Assembly: GCA_963693365.1 (NCBI GenBank) | Contig: CAVNZM010000005.1 | Coordinates: 682,001 to 746,000 of the forward strand | Source of the DNA: Amoebidium appalachense | Taxonomy: Eukaryota > Protista > Ichthyosporea | Length of the DNA: 64,000 nt | Reading direction: 5' to 3' | Shown: positions 1-16,445 of the stretch, in pieces | How the letters are laid out: each line of letters starts with the position of its first letter | Position numbering within the stretch: the first letter of the stretch is position 1 | Notes under the pieces: model-generated | Database searches by the model: none | What the model was told of the DNA's origin: nothing | What the model saw: the letters and a program-made list of their open reading frames with translations, nothing else | Translations under genes and position numbers: made by a program

Positions 1-17
1 TGTGTGTGTTGGGGTGT

Positions 18-51
<34 letters not shown>

Positions 52-357
52 GGGGTGTTTTTTTTTTTTTGGGGGGGGGGGGGGGGACTCGTACACACAC
101 ATAATGGACACACAAATTGGGCGACTGTGGTCTTTGGGAAATGCAGGGCAGGTGTTAACCCCTTAATTGCTGGCATTCCATTTAGTTTGTGCAGATGCTC
201 GTTTCATTATCGTTTTAATTATCAAGATTGATGCTGTTGGTCTTGTGGTTTGAGTTTTGGGCCAAGGTCAGGTTAATAAACATATTCTTTTCTTACCCCG
301 TTTTCTTTCTTTCTTTCTTTCTTTCTTTGTTTTCTTTTCGTTTCATTTATTTTGCAG

Positions 358-837
358 GCACTTGTTTCTCGAAGACCGAAGTATCGCGCATATGTACGAT
401 TGTTTGCTCCCCCACGAGCAAAGTATGAAAAGGAGGAAGGCGGAGGGCGAAAGAGAAAGAGGGAGGAGGAGGAAGAGGAAGAGGAGGGAGAAGAGGAGGA
501 GGGGGAGAGTGAGGGGGAGAGACATGGTGATGGGCACGTGGGTGAGGAGAGGGAAGTGGAAGGAGTGGAGGAGGGCGGGGAGGAGGGGGAGGGGGAGGGG
601 GAGGGGGAGGGGGATGGGGAAGTGGAAGAGGAAGAGGGAGAGCAACAAGAGCAAGATATGGAACAGAGGGTAGAGGTAGGGGGGCATGTGGCGGGTGTGG
701 ATGTCGAGGGGGAGGATGAGGAAAGGCTGGATGAGGAGGTGTTGAACAGACAGGTACGTGGGGGAGGGGATGGAGGGGGAGGGGGGGAGGGGGAGGAGGG
801 GGAAACAGAGTGGTGGTGGTGTGAATTGGAGGGCTGA
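358..837 (+). CDS. Possible terminal exon encoding an acidic (E/G-rich) low-complexity tail
   Basis: A polypyrimidine tract and tttgcag acceptor end at 357. The frame ALVSRRPKYRAY...KRKREEEEE... stays open to TGA at 837. It is mostly low complexity and could be non-coding. Confidence 0.25.
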   Translation, partial: ALVSRRPKYRAYVRLFAPPRAKYEKEEGGGRKRKREEEEEEEEGEEEEGESEGERHGDGHVGEEREVEGVEEGGEEGEGEGEGEGDGEVEEEEGEQQEQDMEQRVEVGGHVAGVDVEGEDEERLDEEVLNRQVRGGGDGGGGGEGEEGETEWWWCELEG

Positions 838-1565
838 GTGTGTGTGGTTGTATTTTTGCATGTAGGTGTAGGTGTGTAGGTGGGTGTGTCGGTGGGAGGA
901 GCAAGAAGGGAGGGGGCGCGGCGGAGAGGGGGGGGTGGGTGGGGAGAAGGGCTGGGGGGGGAGGGGGGGGGGGGGGCTGGGGGAGGAGGGGGGGAAGGGG
1001 AGGGGGAGGAGTGTGTGGAGGTGGTGGGGTGAAGAGGAAGGTTGTTGATGTTGATGCAAGATTATTTTGGTGTGAAGGTGGTTGAGTATAGGTGTGGGGG
1101 GAAGAAAGGTTGGAGGGGTAGGTGTAGGGTGTGAGTGATTAGTTGAGCGGGTGTTGGAGCGGGTGTGTGTGTAGATGGGGGGGAGGGAGGGGGGGGGGGG
1201 GAGGGGGGAGGGGGGGAGGGGGGGGGGGGGGGGGGGGCGCCGCAAGATGCATTTTCACCCTCCCTTTGTGGATCAAGTGTCTATTCATTGCACGTCAGTG
1301 TGGTTCTTTCAGTTGGGTGTCTACTATTAGTCGCACACAAAGTGTTGGGCGGTTGGGGGTCGGACGAGGGGGTGGGGGAGAGGGGAGGAGGGGGGGCAAG
1401 TCCGAGGAGATTATCCAGGAGATGCCAAATGCGGCATGTGTGCACGTGTGATACCGCAGCCACATGTGAGACTGGATACATAAATGACAATAAATGCTCT
1501 GCGAGGACACCCAAATACACACTTCCATGCAAGCACGCAGAAACACACACACGTGCGGCGCACGT

Positions 1566-6947
<5,382 letters not shown>

Positions 6948-8185
6948 GAACGGGGCGGTTGTAATCTTTATTTGGGCTGTGTGTTTGGCGTTAAATGCAG
7001 GTGGTTTCAGCAACGAATGTGATAGTATCTGACCATTCGGCCGTGTAATTCTTTGTTACGAATGATGTGTGGTTGTGGGTGTGTTTTTTTTTTTTTTTGA
7101 AGGTTGTATACGTGTCTGCATGTTGCTTGATCAATCCCACCTGCGTGTGTGTGCGTGTGTGCGTGTGTGCACACGCGCTCGCATGATGAACGGGGCCGGG
7201 GGGGGGGGGGGGGGGGGGGATGTTTAAACATGTACCCATTGTCACTGCGTGTCTGACGTACACGCACGTGCAATCATGTGTGCCTACACACACTTGCAGT
7301 GTTTGTTTTGGGATTTGTGTGATGCTGTGTGTTGTGTCGTTTTGGGGTGGAGTGTCGAGTCAGTGTTGTATGAAACTATGGTCTACTTCGAATCATTGAT
7401 GATATGGACGATGAGGTGAATGGCAAACATCAATAACTTGTAGACATGGTGCATGTATGTATTGTACTGACTATGTAGGAGTGGCAAGAACTGTGAACAC
7501 TTGAGTGCAATTTTTGAAGACTGAATGGTTGTGTATGCACGTCAATTGCAGAATTAATCCCCATGCAGCCTTTGTACATAAATCTACGCATGCCACATCT
7601 GTAATAAGGGCTCAGTCTGTATATAAGACGTGATACCTGGCCTTATCAGTACCCTCCTATGAAAGTATGTCGCCTCGGAATACGAGGTAGTAAACGGTAA
7701 ACCCGGGCTTGAACTAAATGTGTGCTGGGCCACAAGTTATACATATACATCCCCCAGCCTTTGCGCTGAAAGGATGATGTGTGGGGCCAGAATGGCACCC
7801 CTCTGTGCCTGGTCAAACAGGCACGCTGTGTGCATACAGTTGAATTCTCTCGTTAGGAGCCTCCCCCCCCCCCCCCCCCCCCCCCTCTTTCTCCCCCCCC
7901 CCTCCCTCCCCCCCCCCCTTCCCTCCGTTTTGTATTTCCCTTCCCGGCCCTCCCCTCTCCCTCCCCCCCCCCCTGCGGGCCCGGCAACGCCAGTCACCGT
8001 GCCTCTCCTCTATATATATATATTGATATAAGACAAACTGCTCACGGCATAGCTATAATGCCCCCCCACACACTATTACGTATGACACTACGGTTAAGAG
8101 GAACACCTTCACGTATGTGAGCGCGTTGTAAATACGCATTCGCTACCCAATCACCCCCGACCCCCTCCTCCTCCCCCCACCTTCC

Positions 8186-8216
<31 letters not shown>

Positions 8217-8786
8217 TTCCTCCCCCCTCCGCTCCCCCCCCTAGGCCTTCTTCTCCACCAACAGGGGTGTCTCTAGGGATGAACTTCAGTAAGAGGTGTA
8301 GGGGTATAGTGCCACTGGAACTTTGTAATAAAATATCATGATTTTTTTTGCAATCGATTCATATATTTGATACATCACGCCAATATCATGACCAACAACA
8401 ACCGTGTCCTCTGGTTTGAAAATGATGGCAAAAAAATACCATAAATAAATAAATAAAGAAAATTTACCTATGGTGGTGAGTACAGGGTTGACTCAAACGT
8501 TAATTACTGTGCAACTGTAATGCCCCCTTATTCCCCCCCCCCCCCCCCCCCCCCTCCTCCCCCCCCCCCCCCCCCCCCCCTCTCCCTCTCCCCCCCCCCC
8601 CCCCCCCCCCCCTCAAAAAAAGAAGAATTCGAAAGAAAAGAAAAAAAAGAAAATGAAAAAATAAATATAGACGATAAGGTCCCCTCTGAGGGCCGTAATT
8701 AGAGCTCGAGAGGGGCGGGGGGGGGGTGAGTGGGTGGGTGGGTGCACGGGGGGAGGGGGGGTGGGTGGATTGGTGGGTGGGCCCAA

Positions 8787-9174
8787 CCACATCGGCAGAG
8801 TCAAACTTGCAAAAAGCAGAATTATTCTGCGAAAAGCGGAATTATTCTGCAAAAGCGGAATTATTTGGGAAAAAACGGAATTGTTCTGCAAAAGGGAACT
8901 TCGGAATTTTTTTTTGCAGAAACGCTCTGGTTAGGCAGAATTGCTCTGTCTTAAGCAAACCTATTCCGCAAAAGCCGCGAATTATGCTGCTTTCGACAGC
9001 AGGATATTTCTGCGGTTAACAGAATAATTCTGCTTTTAGCAGATCGATTCGTCTGTTTGCAGAATGATTCTGCTTCCAGCAGAATAATTCTGTCTTTGCT
9101 GAATAATTAGTGCTGAATTGTTCTGCATTTAGCAGAATAATTCTGCTCTGAGCAAGTTGACTCAGCCGATGTGG
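8787..9174. mobile_element. MITE / non-autonomous TIR element, 388 bp, 2-bp TSD (AA), CMC-like
   Basis: Left end CCACATCGGCAGAGTCAAACTTGC; the right end reverse-complemented is CCACATCGGCTGAGTCAACTTGC. AA flanks both sides. The interior is filled with the near-palindromic motif GCAGAATWATTCTGC, often at ~21-bp spacing. Confidence 0.85.
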
Positions 9175-9204
9175 AAGGTGGGTGGGTGGGTGGGGGTGGG
9201 GGGT

Positions 9205-9241
<37 letters not shown>

Positions 9242-9710
9242 CATAACAAGAGGAGAATGGCTGATATAATTGTTCCCCAGGAATCTTGCAAAAGACTCTG
9301 ATTGGTACTACTAGTAGATATCGATGCTAAGCCGGGCTCTGAATCAGCAAGGTATTTAATTAGTATGATCAAACGATAAAATAAAAGATAACTAATTAAA
9401 TCCCATCTGATTAGATAAGATTATTAGAAGAGAAAAAGAGAAGAGCCACACAGAGAGGGAGGAAGAGATGGGGGGTTGAAATTGGGGGGGAGGGGGAGGG
9501 GGTGAGGAAGGCAGAGAGAAGGATAGAAAGAGAGAAAGATCTAGATGAAGAGGGAAGAGAGAAACTGACTGTATTCGTATGATCAGAGTCTGTGTGTCAC
9601 GTGTGTATCATGTGCTGTACAGTTCACGTGTGTACGTATGACATTAACATGTTCGTTGTGTTTGTGTGTTTGTGCCACTGTGTTTGTGTGTGGCACTGTG
9701 TGCGTGTGTG

Positions 9711-9750
<40 letters not shown>

Positions 9751-9911
9751 TGGGTGTGTGGGTGTGTGTGTGTGCATGTGTCCCCGTGCGTGTGCACATA
9801 CATATGCTGTGCACGCGCACACACCTGTGTTTAGTGTGTGTGTGCGTGTGTCTCCCGTACCCTCACAATCCTCCCCTCCCCCCCCTCCCCCCCCCCCCCC
9901 CCCTCCCCCGC

Positions 9912-9949
<38 letters not shown>

Positions 9950-10444
9950 ACCCCGTATGTTGTGCTTTTTACGTAACAGCTACTGAGGCGCTTACTGAGG
10001 GTAACACCAATTTTCTTGTTTCTTGTTCCTGTAGTGCACGAGCGCATACAAGTGGTCAACTTGAATAAATATAGATCGAAGGTAAGTATGTGAAATCTAC
10101 GGGAGGGGGTGAACAACGGTTACCAGATCTAATATAGCGCGCGGAAGGCGGCAGGCCTCTGTCTGGGGCGCCCCGCGAGGAGAGGGTGGGGTGGGGCAGG
10201 GCAGGGAGGGAAGGGGGGGGAGGGCGGGGAGGATGGTATGTGTCCGCCCGCGCGCGTGTGTGTAGGGTGGGGGGGAGGGGGGGAAGAGGGTGGGGGAAGA
10301 GGGGAGCCTGGGAGGGGTGAGGAACTGGATACTGTGACTTCTGGTGAGTATACCAGTTAGTAAGGGAGAAAATTTAGAACCCGCAGAAGCTGAACTTATA
10401 AACACGGGTGACGTCTGTCTGTACAACCCTGGGAGGTGACTACT

Positions 10445-10900
10445 TGCAATTTCAATGTTGGAACACGAGGCACGGTATCGATATATGCAACACCAACACA
10501 CATGCACACAGCAATGATTGCTATTTATTTGAGCACGAGGTACGGTAATGATATGCAACACCAGTATATGACATGTACACACAGTAATGTTTGTTATTTA
10601 TTTGAGCAGGAAGTACGGTATCGATATTCAACACCAATCACACAGTAAAACACTTGCTATTTATTTGCGCACGAGGTACGATATCGATATTACACACAGT
10701 AATACTTGCTATTTATTTGAGCACGAGGTACGGTATCGATGTAATACACACTAATACTTGCTCTTTATTTGAGCACGAGGTACGGTATCGCTATATTAAA
10801 CATGTTGCTAATATTTGCTATTTATTTGATCACAAGGTACGGTTTCGTTATGCAACACCTATATACACACAGTAATACTGCTATCTTTTCGAGCACGAGG
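10445..10900. repeat. Degenerate minisatellite, ~45-70 bp unit, ~8 copies
   Basis: Recurring core ttgctatttatttgagcacgaggtacggtatcgat followed by variable cacacagtaata-like linkers. Confidence 0.85.
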
Positions 10901-12014
10901 CACCGGGTGTAAACAGTTGGACTAGTTAGGATAAGGCAGAGTACAACTGAATCAAAATAAAGACAGAGAACGGGTAGAAAGGCACACGCGGCCAGGTTGC
11001 TTTTACTATGGGCCGACTCAGTCTGTCTCAGACTTCACTGATGTGATCCCCGTATTGGGACGGCTTTGTTATATAGCCCCCAGGTTTCGGATCAAGGCCC
11101 AGGATTGGTTCATCCGCGGCCAGCGCGGGTGGCAACATGCCATTCGTGATTCTGGTGCGGTCCGAGCCAGTCAGACCTTTGTCATATTTATGCAAACCTC
11201 TTATTGGTTCACTTCGTTTATGTGGTATGCAGCGGAAGAACCATATATGGTTCAATTCTTAGGTCAGAGTGAGTCCTATTGGTGCGGACATAATATTTAT
11301 GTGATATTCATGACAAAGCACGAATCGTGTGCTAGTAGATCACATTCTTTAGTAAACATGTACAGTTCATGTGTACAGTTGTTTACACCGGGTATCCGAT
11401 GCAGCACTGATGATCCACATTATGATGCACAGGTGGCGACTGGCGAACTTGTGCCGCGATCGTCAGGCCACGTGGTTGATACAGTGACACGTGCAGGTGG
11501 CCCAGCTAGGGTCTCATGCAGGATATACTATTATCCTATATGTCATTGTTTTATACATAATGATTTGACTATGGAGGCTTCCCAGCCATTATCCTGAGAG
11601 AAAACTACCTCCCCACACGTAGCAGAGTCTGCACTTAACACAAGTAGAGTGTATAGTCGTTGCACACACACACACGGAGGTGATCAGTCTCTATATGGGT
11701 GCAATATACTACCTACTAAGTGTGTACTTAAACGGGCTGCATGCACTATCACCTAAGTATCACACAAGTGTTCACACGGTGCTGGAGAGTCTGTGTAACA
11801 GTCAGTCATCAATATAACTCTCGGTTTATTATGGACTTGTGGCGGGGTTTATATACTCCGCGGGGGAGTGCTCTCGAGCACAACCAATTGTGCTCTCGGG
11901 AAAATACATTGGGTAGAGCACACAGCTAACCGAGCCCTAGTCCCATCCAGACGGGACTGCAGGCGGTGCGCTCCGAGCCAATCAAACGGCAGTGAGCCAT
12001 CCAGCTATTACGCG

Positions 12015-12153
12015 AGCGGCGAGGAAAAGACTGTTTGAGAGAAGCGAAAAACGCGACTTTTATAGTCGCTTCTACAGGAAGAGATGTGTGATGCCGATCA
12101 TCACACCATCTTCTTCCGATTGGTGGATAAAATGAGTAGTACCAAATATATCA
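12015..12153 (-). repeat. Downstream copy of the ~139-bp terminal direct repeat of the DIRS-like element
   Basis: agcggcgaggaaaagactg...cttttatag|tcgcttctacaggaag...ccaaatatatca. Near-identical to 39525-39575 plus 53115-53202. Contains TATAAAA on the minus strand. Confidence 0.9.
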
Positions 12154-13280
12154 TTTTAGACACCAAACTGCTATCTACGTCCACTAAGGCACAGCCGGCT
12201 GACATACACTATTACACACTAAGGCACAGCCGGCTGACATACACTATTATGCCTTACGCTGGCTGTTAAATTGTATAAGTATTTGGGATGTAAGCAGAGA
12301 CACAGTGGTGCAGTGTGAAAACACCACAGACACACAACAACAAAACACGGAACGATCGGAGCAGTGTACACAACAGACATCAATGTTTAGACACGACTGA
12401 ACTGAATTTATTCTGATCTTCGAATAAATACCTGAAATTCCTCTAAGTCCAATCCATACATGATTTCCGACCAGTCGGAAATCAGATCTATCTCTAATAG
12501 AAACCAATCACTAAGAACCAATTGCTTTCAGAGAGATCCGGTACGCGGAGACGTACACGATAGGACACAGACACTAGTTAAGATCAACTCGTGTCATCAT
12601 CAAGGAAGTTCTAACCTATGACATACTGCAAAGACTCAGACATATCACACTTAACCTTGATGATTGGTTAAAGTCCGGCAACACATGAAAACTAAAGTAA
12701 ATTAATGAAGTCTAAACACACATGCTATTCTAAGTGTAGCCTAAGTGTGTTACCGTCCAATGAACACGTATTAAGTAACACAAATCTACCTAACATATAT
12801 TAGTAGAAAAGAAATACGATTATACACATGAAGACAAGGAGAGAAAGAAGAGAAAATAAGGAAGGAGAAAGAGAAAGGAAAAGAGAGTACAGATCAACAA
12901 ACAAGATAGTAATAGCATAACTATAACCAGAGATATTTATGTACACACGAACATGTACACGTCTCTCCCAGAGTGGGTGGATCCGTGTACACACAAATAA
13001 ATATTCTAATCGATATCACAATACACGATTAAAGCCGATACAACACGATTACAAGTATACAAGCATATCGGAGATCGATGCTACACTTTACATAATAGGA
13101 GTGTGGCATTTACACTAAGCATATGAACTGAAACATAACACAAACTGAGAAGATCTTACCATATGTAAATACTACGTATTACAACACTGGCTGGCTGGGG
13201 CCCCTCAGCCTGCCCAGGAACCGGGGTGCCGTCCAGACGAAATGCTTGCATACGCCACGGCCGCACCCCGCGCGGGAAAA

Positions 13281-13687
13281 TCACCTCAGAGGGGCGCAGA
13301 AGCACACTTGCCGAAACAACCCCTGAATGACGGGCCACCACGACGCCGTATCCCACACTGGAACGACGAGGATGCCCGCTGCACCTTCCCGCTGCAGCTT
13401 GGCCACCGTTCGCTTGATCAGCGGGAACGGAGGCGCCCACCAACTTGGTGCCGTCCACGGCACCGCCAACCCGTCTGCCATCCCACCGGGGGCCCCTGCC
13501 TGGGCCCACACATTAAACTCGGCCTTCACTGCCGAGGTGTGGGTGGCAAACCGATCGACTTCGGGCTGCATGCCCAGCAGCCACTCCACCCGCTCGACTG
13601 CCTCCGGCGTGACTTGCCATTCATGCCGGGGGTCCACCCGCGACACAGCCAATCTGCTCGGTCGTTGAGCTCACCCGGGATGTAGGC
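13281..13687 (-). pseudogene. DIRS-like pol 3' part: RNase H C-terminus plus Dam-like N6-adenine methyltransferase domain
   Basis: YIPGELNDRADWLSR matches the RNase H end motif. VDRFA...DGLAVPW...WWAPPFPLIKRTVAKL...GILVVPVWDTASWWP matches the DIRS MT pattern (DLFA...DA...W...NPPF..I...L.K....LV.P.W....W.P). Confidence 0.85.
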
Positions 13688-13738
13688 TGACATATACTAA
13701 TCCGTCTCAGCAGATTAGCCTAAGTCTACGATCGAGAT

Positions 13739-13773
<35 letters not shown>

Positions 13774-14414
13774 GGCCCGGGTCCACACACATCAAGATCA
13801 AGTCCGAGGCCTCAAGATAGCTGTACAGCTGCGTGCATCTTGCCTCTGCCGGCGCAGGGCATTGGACCACGTCAGCCGGGGCAGCCGACCAATAGAATTC
13901 TAATTAGTGTGTAGGATAGATCGTAGGAGGACTTAGGAATGTGATTGTTCGGGCAGAAGCCCTTTTAGTAAGTATTGGCAAGGTTTGATAGTGTATGTTG
14001 CCAAACGTATTTATATATTTAGATGTAGAGGAAAGGGGGGGAGGGAGGGGGGGGGGAGGATAGTATGAAATGTAGATTTAGACTCTGCGGTGCCACTAGG
14101 GGGAGGGTGAGGGGTGAGACATGGATAAATATATTAGTTGAGTAGATCGACTTAGCTCGTGCAGGCGCACGATAAAAGTAGATCGGAATGTTTGGAATGT
14201 GGCATCGTAGGGGGCCAGGTGATGATGATCTTTGAGGGCACGGCCTTGATGGCCTCAGTTGTAACTTAGTCTCATTCCGTACGGATCCGAAGTTTGCCCC
14301 TCGGAGCCTGGTCTGAATAAACTTTACCGTTTTTCCGTACACGTTCGTTCCTTTTCGTGTGTGTACACTTAGTAGAGTGCCGCGTCTCCAGTACATACAC
14401 ATTAGGATACGACA
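13688..14414 (+). repeat. Gypsy 5' LTR
   Basis: TGACATATAC...GGATACGACA; near-identical to 36995-37712 apart from a handful of substitutions and homopolymer lengths. Confidence 0.95.
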
Positions 14415-14563
14415 AGCTACACCTTTCTTTTAGTGCGGTTTTTCGCACTAGGGTAACGCGGTGACAGTTCCTTCTGGGCTGTTGCTACACCTCAAACACA
14501 ACAAAAAAAAAAAAAAAAAAACCACAAAAAAAACAACCTCAGAACTAGGGCACACACAACACC

Positions 14564-14797
14564 ATGGCTAAGTTTCACGTAGATATGTTCTACGCGTTGG
14601 CAGCGGAGGATAGCTCCCTGCACACACAGATACCACAGGTTCACACACTAGCTATAGACGCCAGAAACACAACAGCTTTTAGTTTACACTCAAACACCAG
14701 CGGTCGTGGGCGTGGTGGACGTAGCGGACAGCAGCAGCAGTTCGACGAGGGGCATCGTCGTGGGTCCTCAAGACAGCGTCGAGGTGGTATGGCATGA
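14564..14797 (+). pseudogene. Possible start of Gypsy gag, cut off by the Copia insertion
   Basis: ATG in accATGg context 150 bp after the 5' LTR. No diagnostic motif; positional inference only. Confidence 0.3.
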
Positions 14798-14830
14798 ATG
14801 TTTGTGGGGTGACTCTACCAAAGGTATGAA

Positions 14831-15583
14831 TGTTGTTTTTGTACGGGTCTAAGGGAGCAGAGTGCACAGAGGTGTCATGTAAAACACGACTAACACATTA
14901 ATTGGAGGGCAATCGGAGTTGTTCACGAGACATTGAAAGATTTCAAACAACAACTGATTCTTTATTGAGCTCTCGGTTCCTTTTGTACTTGCGACTTATC
15001 ACCTTATCACAACTAAAGAGGGAGAACCACTGGCAATCGGTTCTATCAGAAGATAGAAAAACACATTCCGACAGAGCATACGCATTCCAACTTCCGATTA
15101 AACTAAAGTGTAGAAACTCTTACTTAAATAAATTAAGTAATTATACATCTAGTCACTATTAACTCACATATATATTTATGTTCGTCTCTATAAAGAAACT
15201 TATTTAAATACATATATTTCCTAATAGTCGACACTCTCAAAGTGAAGACACTTTGCAATAAACCGAATTCCATATATATCTATTGTCCAATCACAACACA
15301 CATATATTAACAGACAGGAATGCACAACACGATCTACGGATGTACTCGCTCGCGACTATTGGCGAGCCATCCTTTTGAGAACAAAACTAGGCCATTTTGA
15401 AATAAAGGAAAGACAACGAGTGAGGCTAGCCAATCACGCTACCTCTCAGATAAACAGAGGAGAGCAAACAGAAATAAAAACACAATAAGTTCTTATCAGG
15501 CAAGAGAGCCAGGTGTGCACAGATCTACAGATATCTGTGCCCACAGAAACAAGGGAGAGAGAGATACGGGGGGGGGGGGGGGG

Positions 15584-15633
<50 letters not shown>

Positions 15634-15725
15634 ACAAAGAGGGAAAGCAGACACGAATACAAACAAGCTAGGACACATACATACTTCAAGGCTCTTGCTG
15701 TCATACATGGTGACGTATTCCAACA
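14831..15725 (-). repeat. Copia-1 3' LTR (~895 bp)
   Basis: TGTTG/CAACA termini; the first ~350 bp match 20987-21355. Confidence 0.85.
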
Positions 15726-16445
15726 TCCCCACTCAAGGGGTTGAAGTTTGTGTTCTCGTGTCTGTTGATGTGACGGTAGATGAGGTCCAAACACAGGAGG
15801 GGCCGTCACACTCAAGTTTCCCCACTCGAGGATGCAAACCGAAGATCCTTGAGGTGGGAAGGAGAAAATCAAAACTGAAGAGGCACACAACGACGGTTGC
15901 CTCTGAAGACTCGGAACAATAAATCATGGTGGTTATCGGCGATATATATATATATATATAGGAAACACTAGTGTATGTGTGACGTGTTGGTGGCTAATGG
16001 TTTATACTGGGGACCACCCAGGTAAACACAAGACATGAACATCTTGTGGACTGATTTATAGACTGGTGGTCAACCAGTTAAGACACGGGGAAGGTGCATC
16101 CCGTGGACTAGGTTTAGACTGGCAGTCAACCAGCACGTCATGGCTATAGATAATTATTTATACTGGGACGCCATCCCAGTTCGACATATATATAAGTCGA
16201 ATATAGAAGAAAACCAATATATATGGTGGGATATGAATATAAATAAACGACGGATGGTGGAGAATAATCCCCACTGAAGATGCACACATATGACGATGGA
16301 AGACTGAGTCCCCACTGATGAAGAGAAACGATGAGGAGTAGTAGACTTTCGTTGGGAGGCATCTTGATCACCGTAGGTGTGTCAACTGCTGTCCAGGGCC
16401 CCAACCTACTCAGAAACCACTCGATGATGAACACCAGTGCATGGG

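Noticed and set aside
11043-11597. 184-aa ORF as the missing tyrosine recombinase or gag of the DIRS-like element
   Set aside because: No R-H-R-Y motifs or zinc knuckle on either strand.
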